Assembly (NCBI RefSeq): GCF_902713615.1
Contig: NC_052154.1
Span: 80,703,072-80,767,071, forward strand
Source: Scyliorhinus canicula
Lineage: Eukaryota
Direction: 5' to 3'
DNA length: 64,000 nt
Each line of letters starts with the position of its first letter. Position 1 is the stretch's first letter. Shown piece after piece: positions 1-11,963 of this stretch. The notes under the pieces were generated by a model. The model saw nothing but the letters and a program-made list of their open reading frames with translations, had not been told where the DNA came from and searched no databases. The translations under genes were made by a program, and so were the position numbers.

Positions 1-544
1 CCCGGATGGCCCAGTGCCATCAGCTGGAGGACCTGCAGGAGAATGGACATGTGGCCAGTGGAAGGATGGGTCAGACTGTATGGCATTAACAACTCACGTT
101 TGACAGGTCCTCTAGGTGGGGCTCGGTGGATCCTCATCTCTGCAGCGTGTGCCAACCTCTGCATTGGTGACCGCTCTGTCCTTGGCTATCCCTGTCACCT
201 CCAGGGCCTGTCCCTCAAATATCATGAGGATTCTTGTGCCCGACACCGCAACATCAGTCTGGGCCCTCTCCTGGAGCTTGTGGGTGAGCTTCTCCCTCGG
301 AGACACAGAGAGGGCATCATTAGCTGCACGAATGGTTCAGAGTGGTGGTTGGGGGGGAGGGGGTAAAGGAAGGGTTCGGGGGAGTTGAAGATGGGGGTGA
401 AGGAAGGGTCCGGGGGGCACACTGTGAGTTTAGGGGGGTTGCACACATGGGGGTGGAAAGGTCTCGGAGGGAGGGGGGGTGGTGTAAACTCACTGGCACA
501 GCGGGGATATGGGGAGGACACCTGCTCCGGTGCCCATCAAGGTG

Positions 545-960
545 ATGGTTGTCTGAACCTTTATGCCACAGGGTCCTTCCAGGCGCCGAGTAGGGACCAG
601 ACAGGGATCTCACAGACCTCGGTGCACAGGTACGTCTCCGTGCTGTCACGGAGGCCCTATATGCTCAGGCATCTCATTACATCCACTTCAATGAGGATCG
701 AGCCCATCAGGATGCCCGGGCACCAGGATTCGTCGCCATTGGTAGGATGTCCTGGGTCCAGGGCGTGATCGACAGGATGCATGTCCCCCAACGGGCATGC
801 TGCAGATAACAGGCTGTTCTACACAACCGAAAGGGGCTCCAAGCAATGAACGTGCAGCAGATATGTGATCATCAGGTGCGCACCAAACATGTCTGTGTTC
901 AGGACTCAGACAGTGTGCACGACACCTTCACCCTGGCACACACTATGGTTCCTGACATGT
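545..960 (+). pseudogene. Harbinger DDE transposase fragment (HARBI1-like)
   Basis: Translates to YATGSFQAPSRDQTGISQTSVHRY and MNVQQICDHQVRTKHVCVQDSDSVHD, matching the HTH and catalytic-core motifs of Harbinger transposases; frameshifted. Confidence 0.75.
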
Positions 961-1399
961 TCGACACTGCATCCCAATCCTACACTCCCTCACTCCCCGC
1001 CACCCCCTCCCCGCCACCCCCTGCCTGCAAACTGCCTCCGTGATACAGATCTGTCGCAATTTGGGGTGGGGGCCCTGGGGTGACAGTAACACCAGGTCTG
1101 GTCCATGGATTCGAGGATAATGACAACACACTTTGCGATGAGCTCTGGCGCTCCGTATCGTATGACGACATCTGACTCCTGCTCATTGTCGCACTGTTCA
1201 CTGTCCACCTGGGTGATCCCTGCATGAGAGCGGCCATTCCATCACAAGGTCACATCGGAAACCTGGGGTGGCGGTGGTGGGGGCGGGGCCTGGTGGGCTC
1301 GGTCCACCCACAGGGTCTGCTCATTCCCCATTCCCCCCATCGTCTGCCCATTTCTACACCCCTCCGCCCGCCCAGCCCAGCCCACCCCTCACACCCATA

Positions 1400-1547
1400 T
1401 ATATATCGCCCAGGCACAGGGAACGGCAGCAGCTGGCAGCCTCCTTCCTGGATCGGGGTACAAAGTTATTCGCCGCTCCTCTACTGTGCCCAAGAGGGTC
1501 TCCAGCTCGGCATCGGTAAACCTCGGGGCTGTTTCCCTCGCTGGCAT
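1400..1547 (-). pseudogene. Harbinger Myb/SANT-like DNA-binding protein, first exon
   Basis: MPARETAPRFTDAELETLLGTVEERRITLYPDPGRR is a typical Myb/SANT-like (MSANTD/trihelix) helix 1. Confidence 0.75.
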
Positions 1548-1894
1548 CTTGTTGGCTGGGATGGTGTGTGTGGGGAGTGAGGTGTGTATGTGCGGCTGCA
1601 GCCTGTCAGCCTTTGAGTGTGAATCGCGAATCCGGTGAATACGGCACCATTTCCCATTAGAATTGATTGCATTCCACATGGTGCCAGCGCTAGTCCCTTA
1701 GCAGTAACGGAATTGGTCCAGGTGTGGCAGCAGATTTTCTATTGTGAAAGTCCACGAATTCTGCATTGGCGTCAACACTTAGTCTCAGAAACAGGGAATC
1801 CCACCCGATATGTGCAATTAAACATGAAAATCCAGAAGATGTTGAACCAAGTTGCCTTGCTCTTCCACAATCTTTGCTGCATCTCAAATATAAT

Positions 1895-2206
1895 AGTAAT
1901 AATCTTTATTTGTGTCACAAGTGGGCTTATATTAACACCGTAAAGAAATTGCTGTGAAAATCCCCAGGTCGCCACATTCCGGTGTCCATTCGGGTGCACA
2001 GAGGGGGAATTCAGAATGTCCAATTCACCTACCAAGCATGTCTTTCGTGACTTGTGGGAGGAAACCGGAGCACCCGGAGGAAACCCACCCAGACACAGGG
2101 AGAACATGCAGACTCCACACAGCTAATGACCCAAACCAGGAACCAAACCCAGGTCCCTGGTACTGAGAAGCAACAGTGCTAACCACTATGCTACCATGCC
2201 GCCCCA
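1895..2206 (-). mobile_element. tRNA-derived V-SINE-like element with (ATT)n-type tail
   Basis: tRNA-like head, core GGGTTTCCTCCGGGTGCTCCGGTTTCCTCCCAC, tail resembling GGCGCCGGAATGTGGCGAC...GTGACACAAATAAAGATTATT. Confidence 0.85.
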
Positions 2207-2686
2207 TGGCTCAGAAGGAGGCAGTTTGGCATATTTAGTGTGTGCCGGCTCTGCACAGAGCAATCTAAACAATTCCATTCCCTCACTCTATCCCTCTTCA
2301 TCAAAGGTGTTGAGTTGGATTGCGGTGACAGCAAGTTGGCCACTCAAAACCTTTAAAGTGATCTGTGTGTAGCTGTAAGCAGAGTGAATGGTGAATACAG
2401 TACTGTCACTTCTCCACTGACTACAAAATCCAGACCAAAAATTAAATCAAACTGGATTGTTTCCTTTTAATCCTAGACGTTAAGACAATAGATATGGCTT
2501 TCTCACATCACGGCAAAAGAAATTTTTTCCACAAACATTTTGCTTATGAAAACTGACCACTTTGTGAAGTAAAAGTTTTACATAAACAAATTTATAAGTC
2601 AAAAATGTTCTTTAAAAAGACTAGATCACTTGCCCCATTCAACAGTGAACAACTCCTTTTTTGTGGCACACGAAGTAACATCATAC

Positions 2687-3715
2687 TGTAGCCACCTAAG
2701 ATGGACACTGGGCTAACAAAATGGAGAACTGCTAAGACTGCAGGGAAAAAGCAGTTTAGCCAAGACAAGCAGTCTGCAAAGACTGATTAGCATTTTGCAC
2801 GCAGCAAAACTAGTTTCTGGCCAGGTGGAAGATCTCAACCAAAGGTGTTAATAGCAAAACGCTTTGCATATTAATGAGGCAATCCAGATCTGGGCACACA
2901 CAATAGCAACATTTGATTTTGAATAGACACTTTAAGTAAAGGCCCAGACAAAACGGCACCAAAAGTATCCATCTCAAAAGACCCTAGAGACCGCCCCACC
3001 CATCGAGAAGGGACCCTCAGATTGGAGAATTAGTGAGACATCGATTGAGAATTGACCCAATCAATGCATGGAAAGTAAAGCCCGCCCCGAAAAGGCACGG
3101 ACATTGGGGACCACTATAAAGATAGACCCCCACACATGGTCCTGTCTGTTTGTGCTCCGGCTTGAGCTGTTTGTGCTCCGGCTTGAGCTGTTCGTGCTCC
3201 GGCTTTGACTTCGACCCAGATCTGCTGTTGTATCCTGACTCCGACTCCAGCCGTTGATCCTGCCTTCCATCGCCAGCCGTTGAGCACCAGCCATCGTTCA
3301 GTAAGTCCCAAAACGACGCTCGCTACTTGAACTTATACAGTACTCTTCTAAGAACGAACAGAAGGTGCAGCTAAGAAAGGACCAAAGGCCTTGTCCCCTG
3401 ACCTTGCTGGTTTCCACTTAGATAAGTATTTAGTCGTTTAATAGTAGAAATAGGTATTAGTCTTTAGCGTATGCATGCGTATTTATTATATTTGTATAAT
3501 AAATATTGATCGTTGGAACTTACTAATCGGTGTATAGTTTTAATACTTTGAACCTGACCTTGGAATATTTGTGAGGTGTTTATACGACACCTGGCGACTC
3601 CCGAGCTGAAAATTACACATACAGAGCCTAGCAGTGTTAAGCACACGGCCTTTAAACGGAGGCGTGTTAATACACTCCAATAAACGCGTATTACACTCAA
3701 GTAAAACGTGCAACA
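2687..3715. mobile_element. Solo LTR (~1.03 kb)
   Basis: TGT...ACA termini, perfect 4-bp TSD ATAC (2683-2686 and 3716-3719), AATAAA near the right end. Confidence 0.8.
3148..3207 (+). repeat. 21-bp tandem repeat (about 3 copies) inside the solo LTR
   Basis: GTTTGTGCTCCGGCTTGAGCT repeated. Confidence 0.9.
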
Positions 3716-3907
3716 ATACCAATATGTAAAAATGTCAAAGTAGTTTCTAGTCTCTAAACATCTGGGCTTAATGGAGATGCCTCTCCCTTAAGAGTTGACT
3801 TATCCAGGGCAATGTTTCCACAGGCAAAGATTAACTTCCAGTGCACATGTTGTTTGGTCAATTTTAAGACTTAATATAATCGGTAAATATCATCGAACTA
3901 TTGACTT

Positions 3908-3962
3908 GTGGGGGGGGGGGGGGCGGGGGGGGGGGGGGGGGCGGGGGGGGGGGGGGGTGGGG
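3908..3962 (+). repeat. Poly-G tract
   Basis: About 55 nt of almost pure G. Confidence 0.9.
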
Positions 3963-4515
3963 TGCAACTGCAACTATTCTAATCTTGTTGCCACTTAAGC
4001 TTTCATGTGGGACAATGAATGATTTCCTATTGTGATGAATATCTTAAAGCATACCTTTCATTAAAACCAAATTATGTATCCATGCCTTGTGTAATTGCCT
4101 CAATTTGGTGACGTGCTAGTATCACATCCAGGTCCAAGGACACTGAGGTCAGTTATTGCACCTACTCTGTTCCATGTACATTAGCTCTAAGCATTGAGAT
4201 TGAGACCTTTCTATTCCATATGGTTCAGTTTTGATGGAGAGTTGTCAACTGATCTATGTGAGAAGTGAATTAATGTAACCTAAACTGATCTCAGTACCAG
4301 TGCCCATGATGCTGTCAAAACCAAGTGATCATTATCTATTCTGGCCTGTCTTTGACTCCAGTTCGAATCCAGTTCCACATGACGTGGAGTAATTGCACTT
4401 TAAAATATCTGAGCAAGCCACCCAATTAAAACAAGCTGCGCAAAGAATTTCAATGGTTCAAAGGAACACACTATTGCATTCTCGGGAAATAGCTTTGTGT
4501 AATTCAGGCTGGTCT

Positions 4516-4737
4516 GGGTGCTGCATGGTAGCGCACTGCTGCTTACGGTGCTGAGGACCCGGGTTGAATCCCGGCCTCTGGTCACTGTCCGTGTGGAGTT
4601 TACACATTCTCCCCGTGTCTGCCTGGGTCTTACTCCCACAACCCGAAGATGTGCAGGTTAGATGAATTGGCCACACTAAATTGCCCCTTAACTGGAAAGA
4701 AAATAATTGGATGCTCTAAATTTATTTAAAAAAAAGT
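4516..4737 (+). mobile_element. V-SINE-like element, short form ending in an A-rich tail
   Basis: Same head and core as the other SINEs; ends CTCTAAATTTATTTAAAAAAAA. Confidence 0.8.
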
Positions 4738-5789
4738 AATTCAGGCTGGCCTTAGTAGGAAAGACCACTCCCAAGAATGAGTAATAAAAAAACAGCACAG
4801 CTCTTCCTTTGCAGTTATATGATAAAGCAGAAGTTCCAGTTAGAAGTTACGAGAATAAACTTTCACTCTAACTGCTGTTCCAGTGATGAAAGAGTTAATT
4901 GTCAGACTACATTTCCCTTTGCTGTGTTAATAAACTGTAATCTACCAAAATGCAGCTGCAGTTTCAACTTCAATATATGTGGTTTGTATTACACTTCAGA
5001 AGCTTTTACCTTGTTCATAACTATTGCATGAAGATAATCATCTCAGGGTTAAAGAGGAAATAATCTTGTGCTACTCAGCTCTGAGCAAATGGTCAATTAT
5101 TTAGGTCACTTTGTTGCAACATAGCGGAAACAAAAATACATGTTCAATTGTTTTTGCCAGTGTTAACTTCCAAATGTAAATGCAAGAGCACAATCTCTTG
5201 TCAACTGGAATAAAACAAGTCCCATTCACACACAAAATTCAAACCCCACACACAACAATTGTAAGATCACAAAAATAGAAATCAACATCTGGTGGGGAGG
5301 GCGAGGGAAAGGAGGACTTCCTTGTGGGCCTGCTCCTGGGCACAGTCATGGTGGCCATCAACAGGTCCAGACAATGGGTGGTTGAAGGGGTCATCTGCCC
5401 CTCTAATGCAGCGATGTTCACAGCGGGTGGCCCTGGAGAGGCAGCATACAGTGTCCACCAATACACTTCAGGTTTTTTGCAACTTCTGGGTGCTGTGAGG
5501 GCTGGGTTGTGTCAACAGTCTCCAGTGGTGATATTTTGGTTTAGTTTAGTTAGTTGTTTCCAAGATATTTTGTTTTTGTCACCCCTCTCGTTTGTGTTTA
5601 ATTTGTTGATTTTTCTTTTACTAAAAGAGTACATGGAAATCAGACCCCCACACACAAAGTCAGACTCTTGATTCAAACATGAAGAAAAACTGTAAAGAAA
5701 CCCCAACACAACAATACCAAGTAGAAAATACAAACATTAGAGCCCACTTCATATCTCATTTCTCACCTTACTACTCAGCAATAACTTGC

Positions 5790-6060
5790 TCATGGATGCT
5801 CAGTTTGGGTTCCACCAGGGTCACTCAGCTCCTGACCTCATTACAGCCTTGTTTCAAACATGGCCAAAAGAGCTGAATGCCAGATGAGAGGTGAGAGTGA
5901 CTGTCCTTGATCAAGTGTAGCATCAAGGAGCCCTAGCTAAACTGGAGTCAATGGGAATCAGGGGGGGAACTCTCCATTGGCTAGAGCCATACCTGGCACA
6001 AAAGACGATGGTTGTGGTGGTTGGAGGCCAATCATCTCAGCTCCAGAACATCACTGCACT
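5790..6060 (+). mobile_element. Old CR1/L2-group LINE RT fragment
   Basis: Degenerate translation resembling HQGALAKLESMGIRG...W...YLAQK..VVVVGGQSS. Confidence 0.6.
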
Positions 6061-6283
6061 GGCCAGTGGGTTGCTGTTTTAATGAGCATGCATAATATGC
6101 AAATACATGCAAATACCGTTTGTGCCAGCTGCCAGTGAGAAGAGGCGACCCATCATTAAACCACCACTGGGAGAATTGCAATGGGGTTTAATGTCTGGGT
6201 TTCCAAGTTCTTGGTTCTCACCAGATTCATCGCAACCACCCGCCAACAAACCTGCCAGGGGCCGGTTAAGAGAATTCTGCCCA
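6060..6283. mobile_element. Harbinger MITE fragment (right end)
   Basis: Ends in GAGAATTCTGCCC, the terminal motif shared with the other Harbinger ends here. Confidence 0.5.
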
Positions 6284-6305
6284 CTGAATGCAATGCAAAC
6301 TTAAT

Positions 6306-6475
6306 CTGGGGCTGTTTAGCACAGGGCTAAATTGCTGGCTTTGAAAGCAGACCAAGCAGGCCAGCAGCACGGTTCGATTCCTGTAACAGCCTTCTCGAAC
6401 AGGCGCCGGAATGTGGCGACTAGGGGCTTTTCGCAGTAACTTCATTGAAGCCTACTTGTGACAATAAGCAATGAA
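6306..6475 (+). mobile_element. Short tRNA-derived SINE (second family)
   Basis: GGGGCTGTTTAGCACAGGGCTAAA head plus tail GGCGCCGGAATGTGGCGACTAGGGG; further copies at 8155-8310 and 50735-50910. Confidence 0.8.
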
Positions 6476-6486
6476 AGCGTATGAAA

Positions 6487-6823
6487 GGGGCAGCACGGTA
6501 GCATGGTGGTTAGCATAAATGCTTCACAGCTCCAGGGTCCCAGGTTCGATTCCCGGCTGGGTCACTGTCTGTGCAGAGTCTGCACGTCCTCCCCGTGTCT
6601 GCGTGGGTTTCCTCCGGGTGCTCCGGTTTCCTCCCACAGTCCAAAGATGTGCGGGTTAGGTGGATTGGCCATGCTAAATTGCTCGTAGTGTCCTACAAAA
6701 GTAAGGTTGTGGGGGGGGAGGGGGGTTGTTGGGTTACGGGTATAGGGTGGATACATGGGTTTGAGTAGGGTGATCATTGCTCGGCACAACATCGAGGGCT
6801 GAAGGGCCTGTTCTGTGTTCTAT
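6487..6823 (+). mobile_element. HE1-like V-SINE with CR1-type 3' tail
   Basis: GGGCAGCACGGTAGCATGGTGGTTAGC head, V core, tail GAGGGCTGAAGGGCCTGTTCTGTGTTCTATG. Confidence 0.9.
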
Positions 6824-6833
6824 GAAAGCTAAC

Positions 6834-7441
6834 GGGCTAGATTCCCCAATTTTGAGACTAAGCGCTGACGACAGCGTGGGAATATTGACGTTTTCCAGCC
6901 GAAAACCTTCCACCGTTCCTCCGTCTGGTAGGAGGCTAGAAGGCCAGCACTGTAGAGACTCTGGCTCTCGCTGCAGATACGGCCTGAGAATTGCCGGGTC
7001 GTGCAACATGGCACCAGCTGCATGCTGACTCAGCCTGCCAAATAGTGCCCCCCTTTGGCCAGGCTCGCCACACCTGGACTACCCCCCACCAATTCCCGAG
7101 CACTGACCAAAGGCCCCTGCCCGCGGATTGGCTGCCCCCCGCAAGTGTGGCGGCACTGGACTCAGTCCGCAGCCGCCATGCCGGGTTCCCAAAATAAAAA
7201 TAGCTTGAGTGACCCATGCCATCGTGAACTCGGCCCATCTGGGAGGGGAGCATCGGGGGGGGGGGGCCCAGGTGATGTCCTGAGGCTGTCCATACGGCAT
7301 GCGGCGTACTGCTGGAGTACGTCATTTTGGAGGGGGCGCAGCATCCCAAAAGTGGCACCACCCCTGATTTTGCCGCCAATGAGGATTCTCTGGCCGATCG
7401 CCGAACGTGACTTCGGCGTCGGAGACCAGAGAATCCCGCCC
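6834..7441. mobile_element. Harbinger-type MITE (~610 bp)
   Basis: Imperfect TIRs GGGCTAGATTCCCC / GAGAATCCCGCCC, GC-rich non-coding interior, flanking triplets AAC/AAT. Confidence 0.7.
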
Positions 7442-7704
7442 AATGTTTTAATTCATTTATGCATATTAGGCACAATATTTTGAGGAAACTACAATCACAG
7501 AAACCTTTGAAATTTTAATGTGACTTACATTAGAGGTATACATTAAAAGAAACAGAAATTAAGCAGCTCTCAGTGAAGATAAATTAAATAGAACAGGAAT
7601 AAAATATCATCATAATAACTTTCTCAACACTGACTTGATCAAATCAGGTCATAACTTTACGAGAGTCTTTTTGTTGGGGGTATGGCTAATTTTCTACTGA
7701 GAGA

Positions 7705-8035
7705 TGGGCGATACTGTGGTATCTGCCGCCTCACAGCGCCAGGGACCCGGATTCAATTGTGGCCTTGGGTCACTGTCTGTGTGGAGTTTGCACAATCTCC
7801 CCATGTATATGTTGGTTTCCTCTGTGTGCTCCGGTTTCCTCCCATAATCGAAAGATGTGCAAGTTAGGTGGACTGGCTACGCTAAATTGCCCCTTAGTGT
7901 CCAAAAAGACATGTCGGTTGGGTTATTGGGATAGGGCGGTAGAGTGAGCTTGGGTGAAGTATTCTTTCAGAGGGCTGGTGCAGACTTGCTGGGCCGAATG
8001 GCCTCCCTCTGCACTGTAGGGATTCTAATCTATGA
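7705..8035 (+). mobile_element. V-SINE with CR1-type tail (older copy)
   Basis: Head and core homology; tail GGGCCGAATGGCCTCCCTCTGCACTGTAGGGATTCTA. Confidence 0.8.
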
Positions 8036-8154
8036 AAATTTCGGCTGGAATGGTTGGTGGATGATGAGAATGATTGGTGGATGATGGTAAAGGATCAAGG
8101 GAATTTGTGTCTCATGTAGTATGCATCAAACTTGTTTAAGTTCAAATTTCAGTG

Positions 8155-8310
8155 ATCTTGAAATGAAAATCGCTTATTGTCACAAGTAGGCTTCAAATGA
8201 AGTTACTGTGAAAAGCCCCTAGTCGCCACATTCCGGCGCCTGTTCGGGGAGGCTGTTACGGGATTGAACCGTGCTGCTGGCCTGCCTTAGCCCTGTGCTA
8301 AACAGCCCCA
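8155..8310 (-). mobile_element. Short tRNA-derived SINE (second family)
   Basis: Reverse complement of the 6306-6475 type. Confidence 0.8.
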
Positions 8311-9814
8311 GTGATCTTTTAACTTGTGCAATAAAGTTTCCGCCTAGGTACAATATGTGGGTGCAACAGCTTCAGGATTTAGCACAGGCACAGAAATATG
8401 TGCCAACCCTAAAGGTTGTGGTTTTGATTCACTGCTCCATCTCTGGACTCCCTCCCCCAGAGACAGCAGTTAGCAAAATGAATTGATCTGGCGACAACTT
8501 CCCCCTCTCCGTTTTCAGAATGCTGTCACAAACTCAACAAAAATAAACCCTTTTTAGTGATATGTAAATGTTTTTTTTATGGCGATCTATGCAATAACTA
8601 CTGAAAAATCGATTGAGCCCCTAAAAATATTTGCAATGTTAAATTTCTCAATTATGATTAGTTGAAAGAAGCTTTATTCATGATTTTTAGTTTTTATCTT
8701 AATCCATGTATTTGCTCTGTGCTAAATATCTTATAAAGTGCTTCACTGTGCTTTTAAATTTCTGGTTGGCGGACATTGAAATCCTTCAATGTGATTGGTT
8801 GCTTGGGCAGCTTGATGACATCACAGCAGCTTCATGCTGGGAATCTATTAAAACTGAGCTCCAATCAGCATTTCGAGAGAGATGGCTTACTCTCCACATA
8901 GGTTGCTAGATCTCTTAGCACACCTTTCTGAAAGGGTCAAAGAATGGCTTTTGCTTCACCATTGATCACCACACTGAGGGCCAAATCATTTCTCTTTAAA
9001 CTTCCTGGGCTACTGCACTGTTTGGTACCAATAAAGGAAATAGCTTGTTCTCAGGCCAGGAATATTAAAGGGTTGAAGCTGACCCATTCGTCTGACCACC
9101 TTTTCACATGGGCACGATTTAGTAGTGCATTTAGTCGTGACGCATGACGTGGTGACGTGATGAAGCTGTTTCCTCTTGTGAGATTCGTGACAATTGGAGT
9201 GCCGCACGAGATCTAACGAGATCTTGCGAGACATCCCAACCTGGATCACACCCTCGCTGGACAGGTTCTCCTGAGGCCAGGAACTAAGGGCCTTGACTGG
9301 GAGACCTTGCCATTTTGCTATTTAGTAGTAGTCGACGCAAACGTGGACCAGGTGCAACGGCACTTGTGGGGGGGGGGGGGGGGGGTCTATCATGTCCTTG
9401 GAGTCCCCCAGGTGGTCGGGCTCTGGGCATAGTGGTACCCTGGCACTCTCATTGGTATCCAGCCAGCTTGGCTTGCCATCCTGACACCTTGGCATTGCCA
9501 ACTGGGCAACCTGGCAGTGCTGCCCTGGCAGTGCCACCCTGGCACTACCAGGGTGCCAGGGTGGTTCTGTTAGGCTGGCAGGTGCATAATGCCCCAGCAC
9601 CAACCCCCGTCCCACATAATTGTAACCCTGCTCCCCCCTCCCCTAGGAGTACAACTGGACTCCACCCGCCGGTGGTGTGCATGCTCCCCATCCTGCACAA
9701 CATGCCAGCACCCATACCGGCTGAAGTTGTTTCTTCTTGCCACGAAGACCACTAGCTACCCACCATGTGCTGCATACGTCCGATTGCATAACACTATGTG
9801 CTTTCAGTCTATCC

Positions 9815-11036
9815 CCAACCCTGCTCCCAGGAAAATGTGGCCCACAACCACCGAGAGAGGGAAAAGAGAGGAGGGGGACCACTGGATGTGCGGCCTCTCA
9901 CCACAGTGGATCAGTGGGCACTGGACCTGGTTGGTGGGCCCGTTGAGAGGGCAGTTGCTGAGGAGGAGGTCGGCATCAGGCAAGAAAGTGAGACCCCGCA
10001 GTGTTGCGGTTCCCATGGCACATGTGTCACCACCCGAATACCCCCAACCACCCCCCACCCCCACCACACTACCCCACAGCTACCCTCCACCACTGTCTCC
10101 CCCCCAAACCCCATACCACACCACCCTCACACACACCCACAACCCCCCTGCCATTCCCACCCTCCTCCACCGCCACGACCCCCGCCACACCATCACTCCA
10201 CTATCACCCACCACCCTAACCTGTAATCCAATGATGTGTCATGTCTTGTGTCTGGCAGGATCACATGGCGATGAGGCGGGCTCTTCTTTGTGTCCTCCAC
10301 CCCTGACCCAAAAAACCCAAGCAGAACCTCAACCCCAAGTGGATAGCAGCAAGGAAGAGGAAATGAACAGTGACGGGAGCCATTGAACGGCAGCCCGGGA
10401 CAGCATGGAGCTCCAGTCTGGGTATGATACTGACTTTCCGATACAGCTGTCTCCAACACCCTCCAACATCCCAGAGACACTCAGCTCAGTTGGGCACTTT
10501 AGCAATGAGACTCTTGAGGCACTATCTGGTGGATGGGCAGATGGTCAGAAGCAGTCCCGACCCCAGTGGCTAGCTGCTTACCAGACGTCAAGCTTCTGGA
10601 AAGGGTGGTCCCATCGATAGTGGAGATGCAGTCACAGAGCCAGAGACTGCAAGATGGGTTGTCAGCAACCATCCAGTGCCTGCAGGTGCAATTCAAAAAG
10701 TCCAATCACCTACAGGGGCAGGAGGTGGTGACGATTATAAGTGCCACAAAGGCAAAACCCGGCGGGGCGGCGTCTGCAGCGGAGGCCTTTGGGGCAAAGG
10801 TTTCGGCCGAGGGTCAAGATGTCCAAGGCCTTGAGCACTCTGTATGGGCGGTGGCCAAGGCCCAGGTCAGGGCTGCCCAGTCACATAGCACAGCGGCGCT
10901 CTGGAGCGTGGCCCAGTCACAGCGGGTAATGGCTGAGTGCGGCAGTGGCATTCCCCGGGCGTGGCTAGCCTGAGCCAGTCACAGAGGGAGGTGGCGCAGT
11001 CACAAGCTGATGTGGCATAGATCCAAATGGTGGTGG
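9815..11036 (+). pseudogene. Harbinger Myb/SANT-like accessory gene (middle and last exons), interrupted by the ERV; continues at 18767-19260
   Basis: QENVAHNHREREKRGGGPLDVRPLTT.. followed by a coiled-coil-like exon (LLERVVPSIVEMQSQSQRLQDGLS). The reading continues across the ERV as ..IQMVV|ALSPAEMEQSQ. Confidence 0.7.
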
Positions 11037-11942
11037 TGAGGATGTGAAGCAAAGGTTAATAGCCAGAAAGAGCCAGGTGGAACATCACAAATTAAAAGAA
11101 TATGTTATTGAAGCCATTGAAGGATGTTCAAGGTAAGGGAGTGCGACTATAAGCCAAACAGCCTTGAGAAACAAGGCGAATGGCCGGATGATGAGATATG
11201 AAATATGGGGGCCGTTGGCAATTATAGCTAACATTTACTAATTAAGCTAAAACTGTTACATTATCATGTGCCAATAGATAACCTCAATATCTATCTCAAT
11301 GTCTGTAAAATTATGTATTGAAAATATGACAATAACAAATTAATCATGTACTAAACATGGCCTCACGGTAGCATGGTGGTTAGCATCAATGCTTCACAGC
11401 TCCAGGGTCCCAGGTTCGATTCCTGGCTGGGTCACTGTCTGTGTGGAGTCTGCACGTCCTCCCCGTGTGTGCGTGGGTTTCCTCCGGGTGCTCCGGTTTC
11501 CTCCCACAGTCCAAAGATGTGCGGGTTAGGTGGATTGGCCATGCTAAATTGCCCGTAGTGTAAGGTTAATGGGGGGATTGTTGGGTTACGGGTATACGGG
11601 TTACGTGGGTTTAAGTAGGGTGATCATTGCTCGGCACAACATCGAGGGCCGAAGGGCCTGTTCTGTGCTGTACCGTTCTATGTTCTATGTTCTAAACATT
11701 TGGTAAAAACAAGCTGTAATCTGTACTGGAGGCAAGCTCAAGTGAATGTAAGAGACAACCCCATAAAAAAAAACATATAAAAGAAAGGTGCTTTGAGCAA
11801 GACTTTGGCACTCTCAGAGAGGTGTTTCTTTGGAATACCTAGAGAGCAGCCCCGATCGCAATAAAGAATATTCTGAAGTACGGACGTGTTCGAGATCGTT
11901 TCTTCCGGACTGAGAGACAAGTGAATTAGACATGCATTCACA
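11037..11942 (+). repeat. ERV 5' LTR (contains a SINE insertion)
   Basis: TGAGGATGTGAAGC...GCATTCACA; matches 18202-18766 once the SINE is removed. Confidence 0.95.
11359..11691 (+). mobile_element. HE1-like V-SINE inserted in the 5' LTR
   Basis: 8-bp TSD CTAAACAT (11351-11358 and 11692-11699); the empty site is visible in the 3' LTR; (TTCTATG)n tail. Confidence 0.95.
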
Positions 11943-11944
11943 TT

Positions 11945-11963
11945 TGGTGGCAGCGGTGGGATT
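11945..11963 (+). promoter_or_regulatory. Primer binding site, tRNA-Leu (AAG/TAG type)
   Basis: TGGTGGCAGCGGTGGGATT lies 2 nt after the LTR and is complementary to the 3' end (..AATCCCACCGCTGCCACCA) of vertebrate tRNA-Leu(AAG), recalled from memory. Confidence 0.85.

Larger units (their letters stand above)
1..1806. mobile_element. Harbinger (PIF/Harbinger) DNA transposon, right part, decayed and apparently internally deleted
   Basis: HARBI1-like transposase motifs on + and a Myb/SANT-like N-terminus on -, in convergent layout. Ends in GGGAATCCCACCC, resembling the GAGAATCCCGCCC terminus of the MITE at 7441. 990-1260 is homologous to about 22360-22520 in the larger Harbinger. Confidence 0.75.

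Noticed and set aside
3148-3207. Short direct repeats as a CRISPR-like array
   Set aside because: No spacers, a tandem minisatellite within an LTR, eukaryotic context.
6487-6560. tRNA-like A/B boxes as tRNA genes (here and in other SINE heads)
   Set aside because: They are SINE heads followed by core and tail sequence; no complete cloverleaf.
9589-10386. 265-aa Pro/Thr-rich ORF
   Set aside because: Spans a C-rich intron-like tract of the Harbinger Myb-like gene; low complexity.
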